Source: Polyangiaceae bacterium (lineage in GTDB: Bacteria; Myxococcota_A; Polyangia; Polyangiales; Polyangiaceae). From it: a DNA stretch of 35,050 nt. The stretch covers positions 1 through 35,050 of the forward strand of contig JBGANF010000087.1 of the NCBI GenBank assembly GCA_044222475.1, written 5' to 3'. The position numbers and the translations under genes were made by a program. The notes under the pieces were generated by a model, which was not told the DNA's origin, searched no databases, and was given only the letters and a program-made list of their open reading frames with translations. Below, in pieces: positions 9,749-19,077 of this stretch; within the stretch, counting starts at the first letter, position 1, and every line of letters begins with the position of its first letter.

Positions 9749-9778
9749 CGAGAGAGAAGCTAGCATATGCGGCGAGCG

Positions 9779-10096
9779 ATGCCCGACCGGCCGAAGTTCG
9801 CCAAGGACTATCCGAAGGAGCTCGACGAGCTCGTCGCCGCGTTCGAGGCGGGCAACTATGCCCTGGTCCGGGCGGAGGCGGGGAAGATTGCCGCGGGGGA
9901 CGGGAGCCCGGCGCTCAAGCGGGCCGCGCGGGACTTGGCCTCCCGTACCGAGGCCGATCGGGTGCAGCTCGCGCTGGTGGCGATCGCGTTCGCGCTTCTC
10001 GTCGGCTTGTCGGCCTATTGGCTCACCCATCAAGAGCCGCCGAAGACCCCGGGCAAGAACGCCGTACCGACGACCCAGGTCGAGACGCCGCGGTGA
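9779..10096 (+). CDS. Small membrane protein (helical N-terminus, one TM segment)
   Basis: High-GC3 codon usage, TM VQLALVAIAFALLVGLSAYWL, GTGA overlap with the next gene. Alternative start 9767. Confidence 0.65.
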   Translation: MPDRPKFAKDYPKELDELVAAFEAGNYALVRAEAGKIAAGDGSPALKRAARDLASRTEADRVQLALVAIAFALLVGLSAYWLTHQEPPKTPGKNAVPTTQVETPR

Positions 10097-10743
10097 TCCT
10101 TCATCGCGACGACGCGCTCGTGGTCGTGGACAAACCGGCGGGGCTGCTCACCCATCGCACCGAGCTCGCTGGCGACGACGACGTGATGATGACCCGCGTG
10201 CGTGACGCGGTCGGCGCGTGGGTGTTCCCGGTGCATCGGCTCGACCGACAGACGAGCGGCGTCATCGTGTTCGCGCTCACCGAGGACTCGGCGCGCGCGC
10301 TGCGGGCGGCGTTCGACGGTGGGACCGTTTCGAAGCGATACCTCGCGATCGTGCGCGGGACGTTCCCCGATGCCGTCGACGTCGACTACCCAATCCCCAA
10401 GCGCGAGGGCGGCGCCCGAGTGCCGGCCCAGACGAGCTTCCGCCGCCTCGAGACCGGGGCGCTGGTCGGCCACGAAGGTGCGACTTGGTCGCTCGTCGAG
10501 GCTCGTCCCAAAACGGGACGATTTCACCAAGTGCGCCGCCACCTCGCCCACCTGCGACACCCCATCGCGTGCGACAGCAACTACGGCACCGGGTGGTTCA
10601 ATCGCGCGGTGCGCGCGCTCGGCATGGATCGGCTCGCGCTCCATGCCGGCGAGATCGCGATCCCGACCGCAGCCGGAGTGCTTCGCGTCGAAGCGCCGCT
10701 CCCGCGCGATTTCGACGCGGTGCTCGCAGCCTTGCGCCGCTAG
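10093..10743 (+). CDS. RluA/TruC-family pseudouridine synthase
   Basis: VVVDKPAGL, catalytic VHRLDRQTSG, KRYLAIVRG, PKTGRFHQVRRHLAHL.HPI..D..YG, RLALHA. GTG start overlaps the upstream TGA. Confidence 0.93.
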   Translation: MILHRDDALVVVDKPAGLLTHRTELAGDDDVMMTRVRDAVGAWVFPVHRLDRQTSGVIVFALTEDSARALRAAFDGGTVSKRYLAIVRGTFPDAVDVDYPIPKREGGARVPAQTSFRRLETGALVGHEGATWSLVEARPKTGRFHQVRRHLAHLRHPIACDSNYGTGWFNRAVRALGMDRLALHAGEIAIPTAAGVLRVEAPLPRDFDAVLAALRR

Positions 10744-10747
10744 CTCG

Positions 10748-11338
10748 TCACTTGCAGATCTTCCAACCGATGATGGTGTAGGTGCTCGGCAGGCACGCCA
10801 GCCCGTTCGACATGCACAGCTCGTCGTCGCCCGGTCCACAGAGGATCGTGAGGGTGTTCGTCGGGCAGAACGAGGGACTCGTGCAGGCGACGTTGGTCGC
10901 CGGGTTGTTCAGCGCGTTCGCGCAGCAAATCTGGCCCGGCTTGCCCTGGGCGGCGCAGTTGTCGGTGCGGTCGCAATTGACGACGACCGGGAGGTTCCCG
11001 GTGCACGCGCCCGCATCGGAGATGCACTTGTAGACGTATCCGGCATCTCCGCCGGCGCCGGTGCGGCAGCAGGCCTGCGTCACCGCGTTGCACGTCGCGC
11101 TTCCGCAGCCGAGCGCGCTGAATGGCAAGGGCACGTCGACGGCGACGTCGGCCGATGCGTCCGCGTCGCTACGTACGTCCGGGGCTGCGCTGTCGACGAT
11201 GGGCGCGACCTCTTGAGCCACGTCGACGACGCCGGCGTCTTCGCGCGGGATTCCGTCGTCGATGCCGAGGATGCTCGCGCACGCGGCGAGCAAGGACGAC
11301 CCACCCAACAAGCACACGAGAAGGACGCGACCCCGCAC
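10748..11338 (-). CDS. Cys-rich lipoprotein with Asp/Ala-rich linker
   Basis: GTG at 11338 (TATTCT 6 nt upstream); LLAAC lipobox followed by ASILGIDDG; CG...C.....CC and later CC motifs. Confidence 0.78.
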   Translation of the reverse strand: MRGRVLLVCLLGGSSLLAACASILGIDDGIPREDAGVVDVAQEVAPIVDSAAPDVRSDADASADVAVDVPLPFSALGCGSATCNAVTQACCRTGAGGDAGYVYKCISDAGACTGNLPVVVNCDRTDNCAAQGKPGQICCANALNNPATNVACTSPSFCPTNTLTILCGPGDDELCMSNGLACLPSTYTIIGWKICK

Positions 11339-11440
11339 GATCCGAGAATAGCGACCCTGGGGCAGAAGCGCCAACAACCCTCCCCGACGCCGAGTTCGCA
11401 CGGGTTTGCACCAAGGCCTACTTGTGTGACATTCGTGCCC

Positions 11441-12040
11441 ATGACGGTTCTCCGGGCGACGTGGGCCATGATCGGGGTGGGCGCTGCCCTCGGGTGCCAA
11501 GCGGCAAACGCGCCGAGCGCGGTCGCGCCTCCCGCGGCGTCGTCGAGTGATGCAGCGGTCCAGTCGGCCCCGTCGGCCGCGTCGGCCGCGTCGGCCGCGT
11601 CGGCGAGCGCTGCTCCGGTCGCGTCGGCGAGCGCCGCACCGGCGGCGTCCAGCAACCAGTCGCAGGCGCCCGTCGGTCCGAAGGCCGCAGGTCGCATCTC
11701 GTGGGGCTGCGGTCCTACCGACGCGCCGACGCGGACCCTCGTCGTCTTCGACCACGCGGCCGCATGCAACGAGTCGATGCCGAGCGGAACGAAGACCATC
11801 TTCGAAGCGGACGTCGGCTCGGCGCTCGCCGGCAAGGCGACGCGCCTGGTCCGCGGCGTTTCGTGGTGCGCGCCCGACGGCACGTGCGCGCCCGTCAGTG
11901 ACGCCACGCTCACCTACACGTTGGACGGATCCGAGTGGGTGGGGGAGATCACGTTCACCTCGAAAGGGCAGACGAAGAAGGTCTCGTTTCGCGCGCTCTC
12001 CTGTCCGGTCCCCGACAGCGAGCGGATGGTGTGTGGGTGA
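11441..12040 (+). CDS. Lipoprotein with SAA/ASAS low-complexity linker and small Cys-containing domain
   Basis: MTVLRATWAMIGVGAALGC lipobox; 9-bp GTCGGCCGC repeats around 11572-11598 encode (SAA)n. Confidence 0.72.
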   Translation: MTVLRATWAMIGVGAALGCQAANAPSAVAPPAASSSDAAVQSAPSAASAASAASASAAPVASASAAPAASSNQSQAPVGPKAAGRISWGCGPTDAPTRTLVVFDHAAACNESMPSGTKTIFEADVGSALAGKATRLVRGVSWCAPDGTCAPVSDATLTYTLDGSEWVGEITFTSKGQTKKVSFRALSCPVPDSERMVCG

Positions 12041-12113
12041 AAGCCTTGTCCATCCCCCGACGGTGCGGCATTCTTCGCCTGAGGCCGGGCCCCCTCGGCG
12101 CTTCCTCCACATC

Positions 12114-12767
12114 ATGACCAGCGCGCTCGCTTTCCACCTCTCGCCGTCCCAAGTCGCGCAGCGCGTCGGCGATGCGCTCCGCGTCGGGAAGTGTCCGCCC
12201 GAGCGCGAGTTCGACCGCTTCCTGCCGGCCGAGCTTCGCACCGTCTCCACCACCTACTGGTCGAGGCTCTGCGTCGCGTTGCGCGCGGCCCAGTGGATCC
12301 GCGAGCTCGGCATCAAGTCGGTGGTCGACGTCGGGTCGGGACCGGGGAAGTTCTGTGTCGTCGCCGGCCTCGCCACCGAAGCGCGGTTCCTCGGCGTCGA
12401 ACAGCGAGAGCGCCTCGTGCGCTCCGCTCGCGATCTCGCGGAGACGTTCGGCGTGTCGGACCGGGTCCGCTTCATTCGGGGGACCTTCGGTGAGATGCCG
12501 CTGCCGGTGGCCGAGGCGTACTACTTCTTCAACCCCTTCGGCGAGAACGTCTTCGGTCCGGAAGACCGCCTCGATCACGACGTGGAGCTCGGCAACTCCA
12601 GGTACCTCCGCGACGTCGCTTCGGCGGAGCAGCTGCTCGAGGACTTGCCGTCGGACACGTACCTCATCACCTACAACGGCTTCGGCGGCGAGGTGCCCAA
12701 GGCGTTCCGCGACGTGCGCGTCGATCGCGAGCTCCCGAGCGTCCTTCGCATGTGGCGGAAGGCGTGA
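12114..12767 (+). CDS. Class I SAM-dependent methyltransferase
   Basis: Motif I VVDVGSGPGKF, FLGVEQR, and YFFNPF after strand 4. Confidence 0.85.
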   Translation: MTSALAFHLSPSQVAQRVGDALRVGKCPPEREFDRFLPAELRTVSTTYWSRLCVALRAAQWIRELGIKSVVDVGSGPGKFCVVAGLATEARFLGVEQRERLVRSARDLAETFGVSDRVRFIRGTFGEMPLPVAEAYYFFNPFGENVFGPEDRLDHDVELGNSRYLRDVASAEQLLEDLPSDTYLITYNGFGGEVPKAFRDVRVDRELPSVLRMWRKA

Positions 12768-13753
12768 GTCCCCTCACGAACTTGCGTCGGCGCGCGACGC
12801 TGTTCGCGTCCGAGCATTTCTTCCGGTCGCTGTCGCGAGTGGGCGCGCTTCACCCGCTCGCCAAGCCGTCGCGCCACGACGTCGAGGTCGAGCGCGATCT
12901 CGTCTACGGAGACCGCCTCGGCGAAGAACACCGGCTCGACGTGTGGCGCCCGAAGGACCGCAGCGGGCCCCTCCCGGCCGTGCTCTACGTCCACGGCGGC
13001 GGCTTCCGCATCCTGAGCAAAGACACGCACTGGATCATGGGGCTGATGTTCGCCCGCGCCGGCTACGTCGTCTTCAACGTGAACTACCGGCTGGCGCCGA
13101 AGCATCCGTTCCCCGACGGCATCGCCGACGTGTGCGACGCGTACCGGTGGGTCGTCAAGAACGGCCCGTCGCACGGGGCCGACGTGTCGCGGCTGGTCCT
13201 CGCCGGCGAGAGCGCAGGCGCGAACCTCGTCACGTCGTTGGCGCTCGCGGCCTGCTTTCGGCGCGAGGAGCCGTGGGCGCGCGCCGTGTTCGATACCAAC
13301 GTGGTACCGAAGGCGGTCTTGCCGGCATGCGGCCTACTTCAGGTGACCGAGCCCGAGCGCTTTCCCCGCAAGTGGCCGCACCTGTCGCGCATGGCGTACG
13401 ACCAGATCGTCATGATCGAGCGCGAGTACCTCGCGCGTCGCGGCGAGATCCCCGAGGCGACCTTCGACTTCGCGAACCCGCTCCTCTACCTCGAAGGCGA
13501 CGCCCAGCCCGAGCGGCCGCTTCCTCCGTTCTTCGTCCCGTGCGGAACGCGCGACCCGCTCATCGACGACGCGCGGCGGCTGGCGAAGGCGCTCGGCTCG
13601 CGCGGGGTCACCTGCGACCTGAAGCTGTACGAGCGCGAGCTACACGCGTTCCATGCGATGGTCATGATGAAGAGCGCGCGACGGTGCTGGCGCGACACGT
13701 ACGCGTTCCTCGATGCGACGGGTGTGAGCGCCGCCACGACGCCTCGCGGGTGA
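12764..13753 (+). CDS. Alpha/beta hydrolase, hormone-sensitive-lipase (family IV esterase) type
   Basis: HGGGF oxyanion motif, NYRLAP.HPFP, GESAG nucleophile, GTRDPL (Asp), HAFH (His). GTG start overlaps the methyltransferase TGA. Confidence 0.92.
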   Translation: MSPLTNLRRRATLFASEHFFRSLSRVGALHPLAKPSRHDVEVERDLVYGDRLGEEHRLDVWRPKDRSGPLPAVLYVHGGGFRILSKDTHWIMGLMFARAGYVVFNVNYRLAPKHPFPDGIADVCDAYRWVVKNGPSHGADVSRLVLAGESAGANLVTSLALAACFRREEPWARAVFDTNVVPKAVLPACGLLQVTEPERFPRKWPHLSRMAYDQIVMIEREYLARRGEIPEATFDFANPLLYLEGDAQPERPLPPFFVPCGTRDPLIDDARRLAKALGSRGVTCDLKLYERELHAFHAMVMMKSARRCWRDTYAFLDATGVSAATTPRG

Positions 13754-13761
13754 CGAGCGTA

Positions 13762-14844
13762 CTACTCCGCGGCGACCGCTCGCGCTTCGGGCTTCATCAC
13801 CGTGCCGTGGTGCACTTCGCCGTGGGTCCACGTCGGCTTGAGGGGCGCCATGAGCGTCGCCGTCATCTCGGTCGACGGGATCATCTGGACGAACGCCGGG
13901 TTCGCCTTCACGCGATCGACGACGGTCCGCTCGAGGATCATCGCGCTGTATTGCCGCGCGCCCTCTTCCGGAGTGTTCGAGTTGAGGACGACGTCGAGAT
14001 CCTCGCGCCGGCACGCGGCGGCGATGCCGGGGATCTTGCTGTCGAGCGGGGACCACGCGTCGGCGCAGACGCCATTCTCGCTCGTGCCCCAGACGCCGGA
14101 GTCGGTGCTGACGAACAGCGTCTGGTTGCCGCTCGTGTGACCGGGCGTGCGGAGCAGCATCACGCCGTCACCGAGGTGCAGATCGCCGTCGGTGAACGCG
14201 ACGCGATCGGTCTTCACGTCTCGGCGGCCGTCGTCGATGTACCAGGCGCGCTGCATCGGGTGCAGCTGAGCCCAGTCGTCCCACTCGCACTTCGGCGCGA
14301 GCAGCGTGGCGTTGGGGAACCGCGTCGCGTAGCGCCCGTCGGTCGTGCCGAGTTGGCCGCGGAGATCTTGGGTGTGGAAGTGGTCGAACGCGATGTAGTC
14401 GATGTCGGCGTTCTTGATGCCGAGCTTCTCGAGCTGCGCCTCGAGCGTGTCGAACTTCTTCACCAGGAAGGACTCGAACCGCTCGAACTTGGCGGCGACG
14501 CGGGCGAAATAGGGCGTCTTGCGCGCGGCCTGTACGTCGGTCGGGTTGAAGAGGAGCGTCTTCAACACGCCGCTCTGGAAGAACTGCACGAGCAGGCACC
14601 GGTGGGTGAACGTGATGAAGGGCAGGGGAGTGATGGCCGCGCCGCGGAACGCGTACTTCACCGGGTAGGGCGCGGTCGCGAGGGGGAGCGAGCGGACGGC
14701 GACGGCGCGCGGTCCGCCGGCGATCTTCTCGCGGATGCGCTCGGCCCCGACGCGGACGGCGCGGTGGCGTACGCCGGCGCCGCCGAGCATCCAGGCTTCG
14801 TCGAGGTCGGTCAGGCGCTTGGTTCCCTGCGGTGCGTTCAACAT
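13762..14844 (-). CDS. Metallo-beta-lactamase-fold protein with atypical metal motif
   Basis: IDYIAFDHFHTQD, FPNATLL, GVMLLRTPGHTSGNQTLFV follow the MBL/AHL-lactonase-like layout. Confidence 0.75.
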   Translation of the reverse strand: MLNAPQGTKRLTDLDEAWMLGGAGVRHRAVRVGAERIREKIAGGPRAVAVRSLPLATAPYPVKYAFRGAAITPLPFITFTHRCLLVQFFQSGVLKTLLFNPTDVQAARKTPYFARVAAKFERFESFLVKKFDTLEAQLEKLGIKNADIDYIAFDHFHTQDLRGQLGTTDGRYATRFPNATLLAPKCEWDDWAQLHPMQRAWYIDDGRRDVKTDRVAFTDGDLHLGDGVMLLRTPGHTSGNQTLFVSTDSGVWGTSENGVCADAWSPLDSKIPGIAAACRREDLDVVLNSNTPEEGARQYSAMILERTVVDRVKANPAFVQMIPSTEMTATLMAPLKPTWTHGEVHHGTVMKPEARAVAAE

Positions 14845-14903
14845 GAGGAGAAGGGTAGAGGCGAGGACAGGCTCATGGGAAGGGACTATGATTCCGAGGT
14901 CGC

Positions 14904-16085
14904 ATGCGCGCTCGTTCTTTTCTTGGTCTCTCCGTCGTGGTGGTCGTCGCGGGTTGCTCGAGCGATCCGCCCAAGGTCTACGGTCCCGTCTACGGGGACG
15001 ACGCGGGCAAGGATGGCTCGGTCGTCGACGGGTCGGTGAACGATGGCGCCGTCGTCGACGGCATGACCGATGCGACCGGTGACGCGTCGACCTGCGCGGC
15101 GACGACCGCGGTGGTCGCGGGCAACTCGTCGTCGCTCGCGTACGCGATCACGGTGGGCAACGGCAGCTTCACGGGGGCGGCGCTCGCGGGCTCGGCGGCC
15201 GATCGCATCGGCGTGGTGAGCGGCGCGAGCGGCTACACGTTCGTCGTTCGCGCACAGGGGGACGCGCTGTTCTCGTCGTCGTCGACCGGGACGACGTTTG
15301 CAGCGCCGGCGGCGATCGGGCCGTCGGCCAAAGACGCACCCGCGGTCGCGCTCCGCGGCGGCAAGGTCGAGCTGGTCTACCAAGCGACCGACTTCAAGTA
15401 CTACCGCGCGACGCTGACCGGCACGACGTGGAACCCCACGGCGGAGACCGTCGGTACCGGAGTGGGACAAAGCTTCGGCCCCCGTGGTCCGGCGGTCGCC
15501 GCGGCGGGCACGGACCTCGTCGTCCTGCAAGGCGGCGACGACACCGTGCTGTACGATCGCACGTTCGACGGCGCGTGGCAGGCGCCGCACGGACAGACCG
15601 GGACGGCGGTCGACAAGACGCTGCCGCCGGCGATGGTCGCGATGACGGGCGGCACCTCGGAGCTGCTCGCGGTGTACCTGCGCGTGACCGACTTCAAGAT
15701 CATGAGCGTCACGCGCACCAGTGGCACGTGGGCGGCGCCGGTGCTCCTCGATGTGAACGCGTACGCGAACGAGCCGCTGGCGCTCGCGCCGATGAGCGGC
15801 GGGCGTGCGCTGCTCGCGTACCGAGGCAGCGACGGCAAGGGATACTTCAGCGTGTACGATCCGTCGAAGAACCCGGTGTGGACGTTGCCTGCGCCGATCG
15901 GGGCGAGCGTCGAGAGCACGCCGGCGGTGGCACCCGGAGTCTGCGGCGCCGACGCGGTGATCGCGTGGGCGAAGACCGCCGGAGGAGTCGAGGTCGCGCG
16001 CTTCACCGCCGGAGCCGTGGCCGCACCCTCGCCGGTCTCGGGAACGGCCGGAGCGAAATACGTGGGTCTCTCGACGCGCCCGTAG
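14904..16085 (+). CDS. Lipoprotein with repeated beta-propeller-like blades
   Basis: VVAGC lipobox, Asp/Gly linker, about 50-aa repeats of PA(V/L)A….l.vvY/f.g.D……..W..P. Confidence 0.75.
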   Translation: MRARSFLGLSVVVVVAGCSSDPPKVYGPVYGDDAGKDGSVVDGSVNDGAVVDGMTDATGDASTCAATTAVVAGNSSSLAYAITVGNGSFTGAALAGSAADRIGVVSGASGYTFVVRAQGDALFSSSSTGTTFAAPAAIGPSAKDAPAVALRGGKVELVYQATDFKYYRATLTGTTWNPTAETVGTGVGQSFGPRGPAVAAAGTDLVVLQGGDDTVLYDRTFDGAWQAPHGQTGTAVDKTLPPAMVAMTGGTSELLAVYLRVTDFKIMSVTRTSGTWAAPVLLDVNAYANEPLALAPMSGGRALLAYRGSDGKGYFSVYDPSKNPVWTLPAPIGASVESTPAVAPGVCGADAVIAWAKTAGGVEVARFTAGAVAAPSPVSGTAGAKYVGLSTRP

Positions 16086-16093
16086 CCCGATGA

Positions 16094-16945
16094 CTACCGC
16101 ATGTGGCGCGGGTCGTCGGTTTCACGAACGACTACCGCGGTAGCGGTCGCTCCGAGGGTCAGCACGAAGGCGATCAGCGTCCCCCAGCGGAGCGCCGCGG
16201 TGGGCGTTTTGCCTCGGCGCCAGAGCATCGCGATGACCGCGCCGGAGATCGCGCCTCCGATGTGGGCCGCGTTGTCGATGCCCCCACCACCACCGACGAG
16301 GCCATTGATGGCTCGCACCACCACACCGAACAACACGATCGAGAGTAGCCACCGCGCCATGACGCGCATGACCGGTGAGCTCGGCCCTTCGATCCGGTAG
16401 CCGGTCACGAGCGCCGCGCCCACGAGCCCGCAAATGGCCCCTGACGCCCCTACCGACAGCCGTTCGGAGCCGAGGAACCAACCCACGAGCGCGCTGGCGA
16501 GGCTCGCACCGATCCCCGAGATCAAATAGAGCGGCATCATCCGCGTGGCCGACACGCTGCGCTCGATGTAAGCGCCGACCTGCCGTAACGCGACCATGTT
16601 GAACACGATGTGGAGGAGGTCGCCGTGGAGGAACATCGACGAGACGAGCGTCTCGATGCGCCCATCCCCGACGGTCCGGGTGCTGTCGTTGGCTCCGAAC
16701 GCGTGAAGCGTTGCTTGCGGCATCCCGCCGAGTGAAGCGAGGCTGCCGGGGCGTCCAAGTGCGGGATGCGAAGCTGCGTGCCACACCTGCAGCGCGAAGA
16801 CCGCGACGTTCAGCGCGATCAGCACCGACGTCAGCGGCGCGCGCCGGAAGTACGACTCCTGATCCGGCTTCGACTCGCGAGGCGCTCGCACGGGCACCGG
16901 AGCCACGCCGGGCTGAAGTCGCGGTTGCGGAATCGGAGGCTGCAC
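16094..16945 (-). CDS. Rhomboid-family intramembrane serine protease
   Basis: SMFLHGDLLHIVFNM, catalytic SVGASGAICG and IDNAAHIGG. GTG start at 16945 inferred (TAAGCT 8 nt upstream). Confidence 0.92.
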   Translation of the reverse strand: MQPPIPQPRLQPGVAPVPVRAPRESKPDQESYFRRAPLTSVLIALNVAVFALQVWHAASHPALGRPGSLASLGGMPQATLHAFGANDSTRTVGDGRIETLVSSMFLHGDLLHIVFNMVALRQVGAYIERSVSATRMMPLYLISGIGASLASALVGWFLGSERLSVGASGAICGLVGAALVTGYRIEGPSSPVMRVMARWLLSIVLFGVVVRAINGLVGGGGGIDNAAHIGGAISGAVIAMLWRRGKTPTAALRWGTLIAFVLTLGATATAVVVRETDDPRHMR

Positions 16946-16979
16946 CGCCGGCAAGCTTAGCGCGCCCGGGCGCGAGTGC

Positions 16980-17498
16980 TCACTCCGTCTTCCACAGCGT
17001 CGCCGCGCGACGGTCCGGGGCGGCGAATTCGCGATGGTAGAACCAGACGATGCCATCGCCTTCTTCCGCGACGTGGAAGGCGAGGACCTCGGCGATCGTC
17101 GCCGCGAGCTCGAGCGAGCCCGGGATCCCCATCTCGAATTCGACGATCTCACGCGTGGCCTTCAAGTGCTCGCGCACCCGCTCGGCACCCGCGCCGCCAC
17201 CGGCGGGCAGGTTCTCGAGCGTCTCGTCGATCTCTCCATCGAGCGGCGGCGCGCGCCGGATCTGAATCGGCCGATGCGTTTCGTGCCAGTGGATCTCCGC
17301 GCCGTCGATCGACGACGGGTCGTCCGTCACGAGCCGAAAACAGGCCCACATGCGCTTCACCGCGGCGACCTCCCCCTCTGGGAGCGAGAGCGCCTCGGCG
17401 AGGGTCATGAGATCGGCGTTGCGAAGCTCCGCGACGAGCATGTCGGTCGTGAGACGAGCCAGAGGCTTCTTGCAGTAGACCAGCACGCGCGCGGGCAT
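16980..17498 (-). CDS. Hypothetical cytoplasmic protein
   Basis: Ordinary globular composition, fits between its neighbours, TAGTCT 6 nt before the ATG. No recognised motif. Confidence 0.7.
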   Translation of the reverse strand: MPARVLVYCKKPLARLTTDMLVAELRNADLMTLAEALSLPEGEVAAVKRMWACFRLVTDDPSSIDGAEIHWHETHRPIQIRRAPPLDGEIDETLENLPAGGGAGAERVREHLKATREIVEFEMGIPGSLELAATIAEVLAFHVAEEGDGIVWFYHREFAAPDRRAATLWKTE

Positions 17499-17634
17499 GC
17501 GACCAGACTACCCAAGGTTCTCTTGGTCGCGCATGCCGTTCGCATCGCGCACGGGTTGCGCCTCGGCGGCGTCCGCGCGTGACGCTCGCTGGGGATTTCG
17601 TGCATGGATCACGAATTGCGTCCCCTGCGGTCGC

Positions 17635-18999
17635 ATGCGACGCCCCATCATCGAGCCCTTCCGCATCAAGGTCACCGAGCCGATCCGCATGACCACGCTC
17701 GCGGAGCGCCGCGGCATCCTCGATCGCGCGCACTACAACCTGTTCGGCGTGCGCGCCGAGGACGTCATCATCGACCTCCTCACCGACTCCGGAACTGGTG
17801 CCATGAGCGCCGAGCAGTGGGCGGCGATGATGCGAGGCGACGAGTCCTACGCAGGCGCGAAGAGCTTCTTCCGGTTCGAAGAGGCCGTCCACGAGCTCAC
17901 CGGCATGCCCTACGTCTTTCCGACGCACCAAGGCCGCGCGGCGGAGCGCATCCTCTGCTCCGTCGTACCACTCAGGGACAAGATCGTCGTCTCCAACGGC
18001 CTCTTCGACACGACGCGCGCCAACATCGAGGCCGCAGGCGCCCGAGGCGTCGATCTCTCGCTCGCCGATGCGCTCACCGCCCACGCACCGTTCGGCGGCA
18101 ACATGGATCTGGACGCATTCGACCGCACGCTGCGCGAGTCGAAGGACGATCTCGCGTTCGTCGTCATGACGGTGACCAACAACACCGTCGGCGGGCAGGC
18201 CGTGTCGCTCGCGAACCTGACCGCCGTGTCGGAGCGCTGCCACGCCGCCGGCGTGCCCTTCGTCCTCGACGCGTGCCGCTTCGCCGAGAACGCGTACCGC
18301 ATCAAGCAGGACGAGCCCGGCCAAGCGCAACGCGCGCTCTCCGAGATCGCGCGCGAGATGTTCGACCTCGCCGACGCGTTCACGATGAGCGCCAAGAAGG
18401 ACGCGATCGTCAACATGGGCGGAGTCCTCGGCGTTCGCGACGAAGCCCTCGCCGAGAACATCCGCGTCGATCTCATCCGCACCGAGGGCTTTCCGAGCTA
18501 CGGCGGTCTCGCCGGGCGCGATCTCGAGGCCGTCGCGCAGGGCCTCCACGAGGTTCTCGACGAGGCGTACCTCGAGTACCGCTTCGCGGCGTCGCGGTAC
18601 CTCGCGCGCGGCCTCGCGAAGGCTGGGTTCCCGGTCATCACGCCGGCCGCGGCGCACGCCGTCTACGTCGACGCCGGTGCCGCGCTCCCGCACCTCGGTC
18701 CGCACGATCTCCCGGGTCAGTCGCTCGCGTGCGCGATGTACCTCGCCGGCGGGATCCGCACCTGCGAGATCGGGGAGCTCATGTTCGGCGAGCACGGACC
18801 CGCGCGGCAGCTCGTCCGGTTCGCCCTCCCGCGCCGGGTCTACACCCAGAGCCACGTCGACTACGTCGACGCGATCGCGAGCGAGGTGGCCGCGGTGAAG
18901 CACAAGCTCCCCGCCATGCGGATCACGTCGGGAGCCGACGTCCGCCTTCGCCACTTCATCGCCCAGATGGCTCCCTCGGCGCCGTTCCCGTTCGAGTGA
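17635..18999 (+). CDS. tnaA: Tryptophanase (PLP-dependent beta-eliminating lyase)
   Basis: EPFRIK, IDLLTDSGT, GDESYAG, THQGRAAE, PLP lysine in MSAKKD, EGFPSYGGL. Residues that distinguish it from tyrosine phenol-lyase are the tryptophanase type: FDTT (not FTTT), EIG (not ERG), LRHF (not LRFF). Confidence 0.9.
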   Translation: MRRPIIEPFRIKVTEPIRMTTLAERRGILDRAHYNLFGVRAEDVIIDLLTDSGTGAMSAEQWAAMMRGDESYAGAKSFFRFEEAVHELTGMPYVFPTHQGRAAERILCSVVPLRDKIVVSNGLFDTTRANIEAAGARGVDLSLADALTAHAPFGGNMDLDAFDRTLRESKDDLAFVVMTVTNNTVGGQAVSLANLTAVSERCHAAGVPFVLDACRFAENAYRIKQDEPGQAQRALSEIAREMFDLADAFTMSAKKDAIVNMGGVLGVRDEALAENIRVDLIRTEGFPSYGGLAGRDLEAVAQGLHEVLDEAYLEYRFAASRYLARGLAKAGFPVITPAAAHAVYVDAGAALPHLGPHDLPGQSLACAMYLAGGIRTCEIGELMFGEHGPARQLVRFALPRRVYTQSHVDYVDAIASEVAAVKHKLPAMRITSGADVRLRHFIAQMAPSAPFPFE

Positions 19000-19077
19000 C
19001 GGCCGGGCGGGGCCCAGCGCCCTCATCCGCCTGAAACTTGGCCGCTTTCCGCGCTCCTTGTTAGCTGGAGCCATCCC

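Noticed and set aside
11397..11410. Sigma-54-like CGCACGGGTTTGCA, and the shared 10-mer CGCACGGGTT also found at 17548-17557
   Set aside because: It lacks the invariant GG and the 10-nt spacing; two copies of a GC-rich 10-mer could arise by chance.
17511..17634. tnaC-type leader peptide upstream of tnaA
   Set aside because: No short ORF with the conserved Trp…Asp…Pro-stop pattern was found.
17635..18999. Tyrosine phenol-lyase (tpl) assignment
   Set aside because: The diagnostic residues FDTT, EIG and LRHF are the tryptophanase type.
19000..19050. Intrinsic terminator after tnaA
   Set aside because: Only weak interrupted GC pairing and no convincing U-tract.
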